Shown: positions 8,839-18,875 of the stretch, in pieces
Numbering within the stretch: position 1 is the first letter of the stretch
Layout: each line of letters opens with the position of its first letter
IMG/VR virus record: IMGVR_UViG_3300017766_003924
Coordinates: 1 to 64,000 of that record
DNA from: a virus
Lineage: Duplodnaviria; Caudoviricetes
Reading direction: 5' to 3' (one strand)
Length of the DNA stretch: 64,000 nt
The notes under the pieces: model-generated
What the model was told of the DNA's origin: nothing
What the model saw: only the letters and a program-made list of their open reading frames with translations
Database searches by the model: none
Program-made: the position numbers and the translations under genes

Positions 8839-9735
8839 TTAACCTACAAAGAACATTGAACTTGGAGAGTCGCCAAATCCAGGGGTACTGGTATAAAGCT
8901 TCTCTTCTAACTCTCTCTTCTCTTGAAGCCCTTGTGAAAGTAAATCATTGTAGTTAATAGTAGAGCCTCCTAAAAGCTGAGTATTAAATTTGCCTCTTAC
9001 ATTACCTACAGAAATCTTTGAAAGAGCTAATGCATATTGATACACCCAAGGCTCTTTAAGGATATCAGATAGTGGTCTCTCAAGATAGCAGCATACAACT
9101 CCATAGAAGCGAGTATTCTGATTTGGCTGTGGAAAGAGTTGTAAGTATTGTGTTCTATTATTAAACGTATAAGAATAGCGCTGAGATAAGAGTTTCTCTC
9201 TTAATTCGAGCCATTCTTTCAATACATACCAGCTAATTAAATCGAACCCATAGTTACCCATTGAGGTACTAAAATATGTTTGCTGTGCAAGTGTTTGTTC
9301 AACTGTAAAGAGGGTATTGATACCGGTTGAAGTTCCTTCTTCAAAATTAAACACATCAATTACTTTACGGGGTGCTCTTAAATCTGGATCATGACCGCCA
9401 GATGCACCTGCATTTTCTGTAAAGGTAGAGCAAAGAGTTGGAGTATAGAGAAACAATGTATCTAGTTTGATACCTTTATATGTATCATATAATGCAGAAT
9501 CAAATACGAGATATTCTTCAGTATAGCCTGCAAACTTGGTAAACATCTCACAAGCAATGTTAATATTGTCATACAGCTGATCTCGGTGAATTTCAACACT
9601 GATTAAAGGATACCCTAGAGATCTAGAAATACGATCACCCAGCTTTTCAAAGGTGTCTATTCTATTGTTAAGATAGGTACCTTGAAACGCGGTCAGATTT
9701 TGTAATGTACTTACTGCTGGATCATTGCATGCCAT
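8839..9735 (-). CDS. gp13: Neck protein, gp13-like
   Basis: LGYPLISVEI, WVYQYALALSK, RGKF..QLLGG..IN..DLLSQG. Confidence 0.88.
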   Translation of the reverse strand: MACNDPAVSTLQNLTAFQGTYLNNRIDTFEKLGDRISRSLGYPLISVEIHRDQLYDNINIACEMFTKFAGYTEEYLVFDSALYDTYKGIKLDTLFLYTPTLCSTFTENAGASGGHDPDLRAPRKVIDVFNFEEGTSTGINTLFTVEQTLAQQTYFSTSMGNYGFDLISWYVLKEWLELREKLLSQRYSYTFNNRTQYLQLFPQPNQNTRFYGVVCCYLERPLSDILKEPWVYQYALALSKISVGNVRGKFNTQLLGGSTINYNDLLSQGLQEKRELEEKLYTSTPGFGDSPSSMFFVG

Positions 9736-9742
9736 ATATCAT

Positions 9743-9750
9743 TATTTATA
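9743..9750 (-). promoter_or_regulatory. T4-type late promoter TATAAATA for gp13
   Basis: Exact consensus, 7 nt before ATG at 9735. Confidence 0.75.
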
Positions 9751-11287
9751 GTATTGTAATTTGGTTATTATCTAGATGTTTTATATCAAATATATAGTTT
9801 AGTATAAATCTTGTAATATTAAAATGATTGTGAAAGTTAAGAGAAACCTTTTTTAGTTCATCAATGGATGTTGATGGATATGTTTCTTGTAATTCTTTCA
9901 TTAATTCCGCTCTTGTCTGTCCAGGTCTTGTTGGGGTGTACCATGAACAAGACTTTATTGTAAGGTCTCCAGTAATTGACATTCTGTGCTTCTTTAAATC
10001 CTCGAGTGCTTCATTTTCGATAGTCGCATGTTCAAGCGCTAATGAAACAACCCTTTTAGGTAGTACTTCGACTCTTTCTATAGATTGAGATACTATATAA
10101 AGTGAACTTATAAATTCTGTAGGTATATTAAAGTGACGAAGATGATTACATTCTCCGATCCAGAGCTGTTCAATATATTTTGCTGGAAGACCTTCAAGTG
10201 ATGTTAGCTTACTACATTTAGCTATTGATAGCGACCCTCCGATTTGTTGAGGACATCCTTTAAGATTGGTTATAGGTATCCATCTAAGTTTACAATTTGC
10301 TTCAACAATTTTAGGGAGACCTTCAAGCGATTCACATGAGATAGACTCTAAGAATATATTAAACACTTTATCAGGTAGACCTTTGAAGGAAGTTATAGCG
10401 CTATTATGAATGGAGATATTTTTAACTCTTTTAGGTGCATCAATACAATTATCTAGTTTACAGTAACTAATTTCATATGTGCCAGTAACTTCTTTAGGTG
10501 AACCCTTTAATGTTTGTAAGCCTGATGCTTTAAAATCTCCATATATTGTATCGAATGTAAAGGGTAGTTTCTTAATAGCATCGTGAAACTGAACTGACTC
10601 CTGTACTGTTACACTACCATCAGAATTTATTGTATGCTTATACTGATTAAGCCACTTATTCCAATCAGTAGGGTTAGTAAAGAGGGATATTGGTATATTG
10701 TTTTCAGTTAAAATGCTTTGAGTATCCTGTGTAGATATATTGCTGTCTATAGCATTATACACTTCATATAGTGGGCTCTCATCTTCATTATGACTATATA
10801 CTGCGATTGCAAGTTTATAAAACGGGTCAGATTGTGGTTTACCTTTGAAGATTATAAAGTAAAACTTTATACCTTGAGAGATATAAGAATCCCAATGTTC
10901 ATCAGTATTTCCTGAAATACACCACTTTGTACCAGCACCGTACTTACATGATGCTTCGTAAGATTTTATCCACAGAACTAAAGCCTTACCATTCTCAAAA
11001 ATTTTTTCAACTCCTTGTGAGAGTTTCTTTTGCTCTTCAAGGCGAGCTTTCATCATCTTTTCATCTTGAGTAGATAATTCGTCTATAAATTTCTTAAAGG
11101 GTGCGAACTCTCCCTTTGTCCATACTATGATATCATCTTTACCTTTAGGTATACGTCTTTTTTGTTTTAGTACTTTGAATTTATCAATATACAGTTCAAT
11201 AGTATTTTCATCAGTTTGATTTTCCCATGCTTTATATGCAAGGTCCCACTTTTCAAATAAAATTATATGTTCTAAGAATGTGTTCAT
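9746..11287 (-). CDS. Multidomain protein: leader, WCIS-motif (PcfJ-like, uncertain) domain and leucine-rich-repeat-like solenoid
   Basis: SYEASCKYGAGTKWCISG; repeats of about 21-22 aa: LQTLKGSP, ITSFKGLP, CESLEGLP, ITNLKGCP, LTSLEGLP. Confidence 0.7.
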   Translation of the reverse strand: MNTFLEHIILFEKWDLAYKAWENQTDENTIELYIDKFKVLKQKRRIPKGKDDIIVWTKGEFAPFKKFIDELSTQDEKMMKARLEEQKKLSQGVEKIFENGKALVLWIKSYEASCKYGAGTKWCISGNTDEHWDSYISQGIKFYFIIFKGKPQSDPFYKLAIAVYSHNEDESPLYEVYNAIDSNISTQDTQSILTENNIPISLFTNPTDWNKWLNQYKHTINSDGSVTVQESVQFHDAIKKLPFTFDTIYGDFKASGLQTLKGSPKEVTGTYEISYCKLDNCIDAPKRVKNISIHNSAITSFKGLPDKVFNIFLESISCESLEGLPKIVEANCKLRWIPITNLKGCPQQIGGSLSIAKCSKLTSLEGLPAKYIEQLWIGECNHLRHFNIPTEFISSLYIVSQSIERVEVLPKRVVSLALEHATIENEALEDLKKHRMSITGDLTIKSCSWYTPTRPGQTRAELMKELQETYPSTSIDELKKVSLNFHNHFNITRFILNYIFDIKHLDNNQITIL

Positions 11288-11896
11288 TTACTTTAATGTA
11301 GGATGTATCTGCCAGAAGCTAAACGTGAAGTAACAATCTATTTCTTGAGTTGTCTTATAATCGTAGGAAACACTTCCTAGGTTTGTAGGTAAGCATGATT
11401 TATAAACAAACTCAATTACATTACTCTTATATTCATTCTGAACAAAGAGTGAAAAGTCTGCAGTATATTTGTTTAAAATACCAGCATCATGTTGATCTTG
11501 TATATTAGATAAGTTTAATACATCATACCCAGATTTCTTTGCATCATTGAGAATATTTAACCACTTCCAGATAACCCAATAATTGTAAAATTTATTATCA
11601 ATGTTGAAGTTAACGGTGATTTCAGGATACGCAGGTCGTGCATGAGAGCTGATAGCAATATTTTGACCACCATAAGGGACAGTAACTGAAGGTACTGAGA
11701 TATTAGGGAGAACTGTTCCCCATACAGAGAACTGAAGCCTATCAAAGTTTACATTCTCATCTGCCCGCTGCTCCATAGTATTCTTATCAATACTGCGCAT
11801 ACAGGTAGGTAAGTTCATAATAAGGAGAAATTTATCCTTACGTGACTTATTTAAAATTGATTGGTCAATTACATCCGTATCTTGACTATTACTCAT
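11288..11896 (-). CDS. gp3: Tail completion / tail-tube terminator, gp3-like (tube-protein fold)
   Basis: VLPNISVPSVTVPY, YPEITVNFNIDNKFYNYWVIWKWL. Confidence 0.7.
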   Translation of the reverse strand: MSNSQDTDVIDQSILNKSRKDKFLLIMNLPTCMRSIDKNTMEQRADENVNFDRLQFSVWGTVLPNISVPSVTVPYGGQNIAISSHARPAYPEITVNFNIDNKFYNYWVIWKWLNILNDAKKSGYDVLNLSNIQDQHDAGILNKYTADFSLFVQNEYKSNVIEFVYKSCLPTNLGSVSYDYKTTQEIDCYFTFSFWQIHPTLK

Positions 11897-11902
11897 ATAT
11901 CT

Positions 11903-13588
11903 TTATTTATAAAATTGTTCCCAGCCCAGGGTAGCTAACTGATCACCGAACCCATCTTCATCAATATGGTCACCAGGTAACATGATAGGTAGGTAATTAT
12001 TTTGTGGGTCAGATTTATATGTTGGTAGTTTTCCAATTTGACTACCCTCTTCCCATTCGAGAGGTTTAATGTGAGTAGGTCTGTTGTTACTATCGACTTT
12101 AATAATTTCGAAATACTTTGAAACGATAGTACTTTCAAGAATACACAAAGCCCAAACGGTACTCATAACTCTATCATCTTGATCTTGATCAGTCTGTGCA
12201 GACCAGGTACCATTATCATGTCTTACAAAAGTACTGAATTCATGAACTGTCATTCTATCATTAAAGCGTACCACTCGCTTTTCATTGACCCAATAGCGCA
12301 TATTAACAATACCCATATACTTGGTATTAGTGTGTGCAATAACACCTCTGCGTTCTGAGTTTAGCTTAACACCGCGCGGTGCAATATCTACTAATCTAGG
12401 GTAATTATATTGATTAACTAAAAGGTCTACTACTTCTGCACCGCAATTATTACGCTCAATTAATGCATAAGGTTTACCCCACTGTTCAAGAATTTCATTT
12501 ACCTTTGTAGCAAATGAATAAGGGCTGATTGATTTATTATTGTATACTGCAACTTGTTCTATATTAGTTAAATCAGTAATATCGAATATCTGAATACAAC
12601 TTGCATTCTTGTTAACACCTTCCCCTGTATCAACACCTGCAACATATACTCTACTCTTTTGTGGTTCTTTCCAGATAAAGTATTTACCATCTTCAAGAAT
12701 ATATGTTGGGTCAGTACATACAGAACGCATTTGATCAAACGTTTCCTTATCAAGAGAGCTTTCACCTGTTTCAAGGAATGAGTTGCCGAACTCTTGATCA
12801 AATGCTTCTTGAGAACCTATAGTTTTAATAGTTTCTTGTTTCCACTTTTCATCTCTTCCAGGAATTTCATGCCAATCAATCCTACATGCTGCCCAACCTG
12901 TATCACCTTTAAGTGCTTCATGATAGAGAGTATAAAAGAGATTCTTAGTACCATTAGGAGTACTTGCGATAAAGATTTTTGCTTTCTTTGATGATGAAAT
13001 TACCGGATATACAGAATTCCAGAACTCATCCATAATATGACGATCAATGAATGCCATCTCATCAAGAAGAATACAATTTGCAGAACTACCACGAGCAGCA
13101 TCAGAAGATGTAGTGGTAATACCAATGCTTGAACCATTTCCTAGTTCCATTGAAGTTTTACCATACGTTGCAGCACCAGGCTTTAGATAATTAGGTAGTT
13201 GTTCATATGCAATACGAATCTTTTTAAAGATGTTAATTGCTGTTGCTTCTTTGTTTGCAACAATAATAATGTTCTGATGCTCGTTGAAACACACTAAATG
13301 AAGAGCGAATATAGTCATTAGAGTAGTTTTACCTACTTGCCTGCTTGCTAAAAGAACTACGAAGCGATTATCTCTCATCTTTCTAAGTATCTTCTTTTGG
13401 CATTTATGAAGCTTAATCTTCTGCTTACCTGAATCAAGATTAATGATATAGAAAAACTCTTCTGCAAAGTAAAGAATGTCCTCTTTGCACTTTTTCATAT
13501 TCCGTAGCATCTCTTCAGTCCACTGAAATTCTGCATTGGGGCGTGGTAGGTTTGGATTACCTAGGTAATATTCATTGTTATGAGACAT
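11903..13588 (-). CDS. gp17: Terminase large subunit, T4 gp17 family
   Basis: YLGNPNL, Walker A SRQVGKTT, Walker B ILLDEMAF, STPNG, QEFGNSF, RNase H-like GVDTGEG and DDRVMS. Confidence 0.97.
   Translation of the reverse strand: MSHNNEYYLGNPNLPRPNAEFQWTEEMLRNMKKCKEDILYFAEEFFYIINLDSGKQKIKLHKCQKKILRKMRDNRFVVLLASRQVGKTTLMTIFALHLVCFNEHQNIIIVANKEATAINIFKKIRIAYEQLPNYLKPGAATYGKTSMELGNGSSIGITTTSSDAARGSSANCILLDEMAFIDRHIMDEFWNSVYPVISSSKKAKIFIASTPNGTKNLFYTLYHEALKGDTGWAACRIDWHEIPGRDEKWKQETIKTIGSQEAFDQEFGNSFLETGESSLDKETFDQMRSVCTDPTYILEDGKYFIWKEPQKSRVYVAGVDTGEGVNKNASCIQIFDITDLTNIEQVAVYNNKSISPYSFATKVNEILEQWGKPYALIERNNCGAEVVDLLVNQYNYPRLVDIAPRGVKLNSERRGVIAHTNTKYMGIVNMRYWVNEKRVVRFNDRMTVHEFSTFVRHDNGTWSAQTDQDQDDRVMSTVWALCILESTIVSKYFEIIKVDSNNRPTHIKPLEWEEGSQIGKLPTYKSDPQNNYLPIMLPGDHIDEDGFGDQLATLGWEQFYK
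11904..11911 (-). promoter_or_regulatory. T4-type late promoter TATAAATA for the gp3-like gene
   Basis: Exact consensus, 7 nt before ATG at 11896. Confidence 0.75.
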
Positions 13589-13597
13589 AGAAAAAAA

Positions 13598-13615
13598 TAC
13601 TTATATACCTAAATA
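13598..13615. promoter_or_regulatory. Divergent late-promoter-like pair
   Basis: TAAGTA on minus (13598-13603, 9 nt before gp17 ATG) and TAAATA on plus (13610-13615, 7 nt before ATG 13623). Confidence 0.55.
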
Positions 13616-13622
13616 TTTAATA

Positions 13623-14510
13623 ATGAATACTAAAGTATCAAACGAACTCTCCCAACTCTACGTTGATAAGGTGCGCAACCATCAATCAAACTCTGTAGTT
13701 GAAGAGAAATTTAAACCAAAGCCATTCGAGAAGGCAGGAACTAAGACTAAGGCAGAATTTATCAAAAATTCAGGTCCTGATGCCGCAGAAGGTAAAAAGA
13801 AGGATAACGTTGATTCTGCTGATGAAAAGTCAGATAAGAGTCACTTTGAACCTAAGAAATTTTCTCAACCTACGAAGAAAAGCAAAAAAGGTAAGATAAA
13901 TAATTCAAACAAGAAGAAAATTATGGAAAGCAAAACTACTAGCAAAAAGTCTTCATTCGATTTACTCTACGAAAACGTTATGAGTGGCGATGAGAACATT
14001 AACGATCTTAATGAGCTCGATGTCGATGCAGGCGCAGACGGTGCTATTGAAGATATTGATACTGAGACTGATGTTGTCGAAGATCCTAAAGAAGTTCTTC
14101 AAGCAGCAATTGAACACCTCCAGAAGGCGCTTGATGTATTAAGTGCAGAAGCAGGTACTGGTGAAGAGGGTGATGAAGCGTTTGGTGAAGAGCTTCCACC
14201 AGTTGAAGGTGAAGGCGAAGATGATCTCGAGGGAGATGGGCTTAACAAAGAGTCTATCGAAGCAGAAGATCTCGGTACTCCATTAGTAAATCAGAAGAAG
14301 GGTAAACCTGATGCTACTTCTGGTAAGGCGAATGTAGTAAATTCCCACAACTCTAAAGTCTCTAAGGGTTCTGCATCAACTGATGTAACCGCAGGTGACG
14401 GTAAGTTGCAGAAGGCGCCAGATGGTGTTCCTTCATTGACTAAGACTAAGGGATCTGGAAATGTTCCTACCTCTAACGTCAAGGCTGGTCGCAACGTCAT
14501 TGGTGACTAA
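13623..14510 (+). CDS. Hypothetical late protein with highly acidic central region (prohead core/scaffold-like)
   Basis: Low-complexity K-rich, then D/E-rich, then G/S/K-rich segments; repeated 'LSQLY' / 'FDLLYE' leader-like motifs; late motif upstream and terminator downstream. Confidence 0.65.
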   Translation: MNTKVSNELSQLYVDKVRNHQSNSVVEEKFKPKPFEKAGTKTKAEFIKNSGPDAAEGKKKDNVDSADEKSDKSHFEPKKFSQPTKKSKKGKINNSNKKKIMESKTTSKKSSFDLLYENVMSGDENINDLNELDVDAGADGAIEDIDTETDVVEDPKEVLQAAIEHLQKALDVLSAEAGTGEEGDEAFGEELPPVEGEGEDDLEGDGLNKESIEAEDLGTPLVNQKKGKPDATSGKANVVNSHNSKVSKGSASTDVTAGDGKLQKAPDGVPSLTKTKGSGNVPTSNVKAGRNVIGD

Positions 14511-14533
14511 GCTGTTATAAATTTAGATTCATT

Positions 14534-14566
14534 AAATGCTAAGGATTAACTTCCTTAGCATTTTTT
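14534..14566 (+). terminator. Intrinsic terminator
   Basis: 12-bp stem aaatgctaagga / tccttagcattt followed by a T-run. Confidence 0.85.
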
Positions 14567-14593
14567 ATTGTTTTTGAATAAATAATTATACAT

Positions 14594-14833
14594 ATGGAAC
14601 AAGTAATAGTATGGATTAAGGAAAACGGTATGACCGTTGTAAACATCGCAACTGCAGTTGTCGCATTGGCATCTGCTATCTCTGCGGTTACCCCAACTAC
14701 TAAGGATGACTCTATCGTAAATAAGATTAAGTCTATTGTCGATAAGCTCGCTCTTAATGTTGGTAAGGCAAAGGCTAAGACCCCTGATGAGGTTAAGGCT
14801 GATGCGGCTGCTGTCGAAGCACCTAAGAGTTAA
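14594..14833 (+). CDS. Small single-pass membrane protein (holin-like, unproven)
   Basis: Hydrophobic VVNIATAVVALASAISAV followed by TPTTKDD and a basic tail; monocistronic with late motif and terminator. Confidence 0.55.
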   Translation: MEQVIVWIKENGMTVVNIATAVVALASAISAVTPTTKDDSIVNKIKSIVDKLALNVGKAKAKTPDEVKADAAAVEAPKS

Positions 14834-14852
14834 TCACTTTTAAAATATCATT

Positions 14853-14889
14853 GAACGCGCTAGAATATACTCTAGCGCGTTCTTCCTTT
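14853..14889 (+). terminator. Intrinsic terminator
   Basis: 12-bp stem gaacgcgctaga / tctagcgcgttc followed by a pyrimidine run. Confidence 0.75.
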
Positions 14890-14915
14890 GGTTCTAATCG
14901 ATTAAATATAATAAG

Positions 14916-15266
14916 ATGTACAAAGATGTATTTTTAAAAATTATCACTGAGGATCTTAAATCCGACATTATGTCTCCTTCACCCTTTGTTAAAACGCGCC
15001 AACAAAAGGGCACGACTGGTGGAGGGAGAGTACATCAGAACCTTCTTCCTGATATGCATAAGGCTGATCCTACTGAGAACAAGCGTATTAGAGAGCTTTT
15101 AGATAGACCCTCAGGTAGGTTAATGCTTTCTCCTCAAGAATTAGAGTACATCAAATCAAAGTACAACATAAGTGATCTCACTCCTAATAATCCACGTAAG
15201 TTAGGTAATACAGGAGTGACCATAATGTTTGATAAGATGTTAAATAATTATACATTAATTAAATGA
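14916..15266 (+). CDS. Hypothetical late protein with leader
   Basis: MYKDVFLKIITE leader; TAAATA 7 nt upstream. Confidence 0.65.
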   Translation: MYKDVFLKIITEDLKSDIMSPSPFVKTRQQKGTTGGGRVHQNLLPDMHKADPTENKRIRELLDRPSGRLMLSPQELEYIKSKYNISDLTPNNPRKLGNTGVTIMFDKMLNNYTLIK

Positions 15267-15964
15267 CTCAACCCTATTATTCAGGCCCTTTAAGATTTTT
15301 AAATAAAGACAATAATTGCTCTGAACGTAAGCTTATTTCTGATTGGTGGAAAGAGCAAATTTGTATGTACGGTACTCAGGCGAACTACTATGTCTACAAT
15401 TATCAGCTATCTGCGCATAATGGATTGTATGGTGAACACACAACTGCTAGTTATCGTGCTCCTATTGAAATCATTGTTGCATTGACCTTGAATGAGAATT
15501 CTGTAATATTAAGTCAATATGGATTGACTACAGAAGATGATGCGACTTTTTACATACACATATCATCTTTCTATACCGCACTTTCTTCACAGACTGCAGA
15601 ACCAAAAGCAGGAGATGTTATTGAATTATCCGAATATGGAGAGACTCGAGTTGGAGGCCGTGGAGGTAAGAAGTTTGAAATAACCTCTCGAGTTGATCAA
15701 GATATTTCTGATATCAACCCACTCATCGGTCATTATGTTTGGAAGGTAAAGACTAAGAGATTCGAATTCTCATATCAACCCGGCATCTCTGCAGAACCAG
15801 TTACTCATCAAGTATATGAAGATACCTTTGCAGGTAGATTGTCTGGTTATGATAATCCTATGACAGAAGTCAAACAGTACCCTGGTGATATTGATACCAC
15901 ATCAGAGACACTGTTTGATTATGAAGATAACGGAAATGGTGATGACGTCTACGGTGGATACTAA
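15263..15964 (+). CDS. gp14: Neck/head-closure protein, gp14-like
   Basis: LYGEH, LSQYGL..EDDATFYI, PKAGDVI, HYVWK.K.KRFEFS. Confidence 0.8.
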   Translation: MTQPYYSGPLRFLNKDNNCSERKLISDWWKEQICMYGTQANYYVYNYQLSAHNGLYGEHTTASYRAPIEIIVALTLNENSVILSQYGLTTEDDATFYIHISSFYTALSSQTAEPKAGDVIELSEYGETRVGGRGGKKFEITSRVDQDISDINPLIGHYVWKVKTKRFEFSYQPGISAEPVTHQVYEDTFAGRLSGYDNPMTEVKQYPGDIDTTSETLFDYEDNGNGDDVYGGY

Positions 15965-16344
15965 TCAATATCAAAAATATTTCCGATTACTTCGCAGTCT
16001 ACATCAACTGCAGCAAGTCCAATATAATTGCAGATAGGCACTGGTTTATTATTATCTACATAACACCAGCATGATCCGTGATATTCTACGGTACAGATAT
16101 CATTACCTGCGCAGCTTGTTGGGTCGGTATTTTCGATGCAGATTTTATCACCTTCGTAGATTTCATGACCGCGACGATCTACAATTCCCGTATATTCTAA
16201 CACTACAATAGAATTTAAATCCTTTATACTAACACCATCAAGAAAGTGTCCTAGTAGGACAACTTCTCCAATAAGGTTTATTTCATTACCTGGTCCATGT
16301 ATCCATCCGTCTGATGCTTTATTAAACACTCTATATTTTTTCAT
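15961..16344 (-). CDS. YopX family protein
   Basis: EYTGIVDRRGHEIYEGD and CEVIGNIF; start moved to MKKYRV (ATG at 16344), just after the thyX stop. Confidence 0.85.
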   Translation of the reverse strand: MKKYRVFNKASDGWIHGPGNEINLIGEVVLLGHFLDGVSIKDLNSIVVLEYTGIVDRRGHEIYEGDKICIENTDPTSCAGNDICTVEYHGSCWCYVDNNKPVPICNYIGLAAVDVDCEVIGNIFDID

Positions 16345-16345
16345 A

Positions 16346-17284
16346 TTACAACTTTTTGATGATACGATCATCCTTTAAGTTTTCATCAGTAAAGAATTTG
16401 CGATACTGCTTCCACCCCTTGAAATTACCAATGAATACTGACTCTGGATAAGCTTGCGCTACATGTTCAGTAGGTGAGAGGTGTTTAGGAGATGAACCAA
16501 AGAGTTTATCACATAATTTAATATCTGCTCTGTAGTCATCTTTACCTTCGTAATTGAAATATGACGTTCTCGCCGCTCTGGCAACTGCTATTTTAATTTT
16601 TGCATCTTGTACAGCTTTAGTCCACTCTTCATGTGACATATGAACAATCCCGCTACCATCATTCCATAAATCATTAAGTTTCGACTGATCAATCTTATCA
16701 CCAAACGGAATATGCCATTCATCAGGTTGCAACCTCTTAGGTTCGGAGTTATTGTATTGATCAAGCATCATATTAGAGAGTGCTTGAATCTCAGGCTGTG
16801 CATCAGGATGCGAACGAAGAGCAAACCAATTTTCAAACTCTGTACCCGTTAAGATAACCCGGATATGGAACCATGGCTCAAGAAGTCGATTTACAATCTG
16901 CTTATGTACTCCGAGATGATTCATTCTCTTAGCAAATTCAATTGCTGAATCTCGTGCTTCGAGCCAAATAATCTTCGCATATTCATAATCAGTAGAATCT
17001 GGTTCACTAGAAGAGCGAACTCTCTTAATAGTATTATCAAGCTCTTCTTTTGCTTGCATACCCGATTGATTCTTACCCCACCATACTGGAAGTGCAGGAT
17101 TGACAGTAATCTGTTCAATAAACTTCTCAATTGGGATAGCTCTACTTGATGCTGAATTCTTAGAAAACACTCGATGAGTCATTAACTCTGCATGAACCAT
17201 TCGCGGGTATTCTAGAATGAATGAAGTAATTCTATCACCAGTTTTTGTGTTGATACTGTCTGCGATTATCTCTGCTTTTATCAT
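16346..17284 (-). CDS. thyX: Flavin-dependent thymidylate synthase ThyX
   Basis: HAELMTHRVFSKNSASSRAIP, KQIVNRLLEP, HPDAQPEI, HLSPTEH. Confidence 0.93.
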   Translation of the reverse strand: MIKAEIIADSINTKTGDRITSFILEYPRMVHAELMTHRVFSKNSASSRAIPIEKFIEQITVNPALPVWWGKNQSGMQAKEELDNTIKRVRSSSEPDSTDYEYAKIIWLEARDSAIEFAKRMNHLGVHKQIVNRLLEPWFHIRVILTGTEFENWFALRSHPDAQPEIQALSNMMLDQYNNSEPKRLQPDEWHIPFGDKIDQSKLNDLWNDGSGIVHMSHEEWTKAVQDAKIKIAVARAARTSYFNYEGKDDYRADIKLCDKLFGSSPKHLSPTEHVAQAYPESVFIGNFKGWKQYRKFFTDENLKDDRIIKKL

Positions 17285-17295
17285 ATAAAATGATT

Positions 17296-17586
17296 TTAAT
17301 TTAAACCTTCAGATTGCAAGGTTTCCATTATTTGAGATGCAGTGATATCGTCCATGAAATGTTGAAGAGCAATCGGAGCAATCCACCTATTATCTTTTGA
17401 GAGGTTTATCTTTGAACGATAAGCATGTTGTTCAATTGTGTTGATACCTCTCATTAATGCTATCCATCTACTTAACTCAAAAACTGTCATCTGATGATGA
17501 GAGTTAGACTCTAGCGGAACTTTAATTTTCTGTGTATTCTTTGGTATTTTTGATAACTTTTTTAGCTCATTTGTCTTATTAATCAT
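17296..17586 (-). CDS. Hypothetical protein
   Basis: In-operon ORF coupled to its neighbours. Confidence 0.6.
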   Translation of the reverse strand: MINKTNELKKLSKIPKNTQKIKVPLESNSHHQMTVFELSRWIALMRGINTIEQHAYRSKINLSKDNRWIAPIALQHFMDDITASQIMETLQSEGLN

Positions 17587-17986
17587 ATTTGTTTCCTAAT
17601 TGCTTTATGAGATAACCCAGTAAAGCAATACAAATATAATCGTTGCTAATGTTAATATCAAGCGTTTTTATAGTCTTTAATTGACTCTCTGATGAATCTT
17701 TTAGGCAGGTTAAAACTGTTAAATTGTTAGGTGTATTACTAGTGGCTGCTTCTACAGTTTGATTCTTATAAATTTCAAAAATTAAACCAACTACATCTAT
17801 AGCTTCGCTTACAGTATTATCTTTGTGACTACTCTTTAATTTGCCAATATTGTAATACTTTGCTAAATCAGGATATTGCTGAATACATCTCTCGAGATCT
17901 ACTAAAGTAGGTTGAATACTTTTGAGCTCTTTATAGATAGCTTCAGGAGGTATTGTTGATGCAGGCTTTAAATTATCTTGATTCAT
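17579..17986 (-). CDS. Hypothetical protein
   Basis: In-operon ORF with short overlaps on both sides. Confidence 0.6.
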   Translation of the reverse strand: MNQDNLKPASTIPPEAIYKELKSIQPTLVDLERCIQQYPDLAKYYNIGKLKSSHKDNTVSEAIDVVGLIFEIYKNQTVEAATSNTPNNLTVLTCLKDSSESQLKTIKTLDINISNDYICIALLGYLIKQLGNKYD

Positions 17987-18416
17987 CTTTTACGTTCTTG
18001 TTAAGGTAGTCTTGAATATTGGTATTTACTAAAGGATCTGTTACTTGTGCGGGTGTGAGTGTTACAATGATTTTAGATTTCTTCTTGCATGAAGTACACT
18101 CAAAGACGTTATCGTCATTGATGATAACAGGAATAGTATTTTCTTTATTGCAATATGCGCAATATACTTTTGTGGTAAACCTACTTAGGAATTCTATTGC
18201 CTTCGCTTCATTTTCACGCGCGATTGATAGATACTTGTAATTGACTGTCTGCTTCCAGAGATTGTATACAATTACTTGAAACATTATTGAGAGGATACCG
18301 AGACTAACTGCAAGTGCTAATTTAGGGTATATAAGGTAACTACATAGGCCGATGAGCCCGCTAACGAACAATGTTATACCTATACTCTTGATAACTTCTT
18401 TTAACTTTAAATCCAT
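17973..18416 (-). CDS. Membrane protein with C-terminal Zn ribbon
   Basis: Two hydrophobic helices; CAYC...CTSC. Confidence 0.7.
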   Translation of the reverse strand: MDLKLKEVIKSIGITLFVSGLIGLCSYLIYPKLALAVSLGILSIMFQVIVYNLWKQTVNYKYLSIARENEAKAIEFLSRFTTKVYCAYCNKENTIPVIINDDNVFECTSCKKKSKIIVTLTPAQVTDPLVNTNIQDYLNKNVKDESR

Positions 18417-18418
18417 AC

Positions 18419-18841
18419 TTACATTATACCATCTTTGTCATGAGTTTCAATTACATTATCTAGCAATTTTACAATCTTTTGTATGTTTTTTAGGGTAGTA
18501 TTTAGAAAGACGAAGACCAGCTGATATTTCATACGCACCACTCTATTCTTCTTTATCTTCTCGATTACTGTAGGGTGAGATATTACTTGTCCTAATTTTC
18601 CTTTAACATTCTGAATAGCTAGATATATGTCTGCAATTTCTTTACTTAAGTTATCTGTTGGATATGGAAGAACATTTTGAGCTTTTGCTTGATCTAGATC
18701 TTGCTTATTTAAATCTCTCAATAAATCTCCATAAGTAATAACTTGCGGCTTTTGTCCTTTATTCTCATTTCCTGCAGCCCATTTATCACTATATCCCACT
18801 TCTTCAGTCAGTTGCTCAAATTTCTCACAGCGTAATTTCAT
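18419..18841 (-). CDS. Hypothetical late protein with leader
   Basis: KFEQLTE leader; TAAATA 5 nt upstream. Confidence 0.6.
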   Translation of the reverse strand: MKLRCEKFEQLTEEVGYSDKWAAGNENKGQKPQVITYGDLLRDLNKQDLDQAKAQNVLPYPTDNLSKEIADIYLAIQNVKGKLGQVISHPTVIEKIKKNRVVRMKYQLVFVFLNTTLKNIQKIVKLLDNVIETHDKDGIM

Positions 18842-18846
18842 ACAAA

Positions 18847-18869
18847 TATTTAAGACTAATGATTAAATA
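18847..18869. promoter_or_regulatory. Back-to-back late-promoter motifs
   Basis: TAAATA on minus (18847-18852) and plus (18864-18869), 5 and 6 nt before the divergent ATGs. Confidence 0.6.
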
Positions 18870-18875
18870 ATTAAT

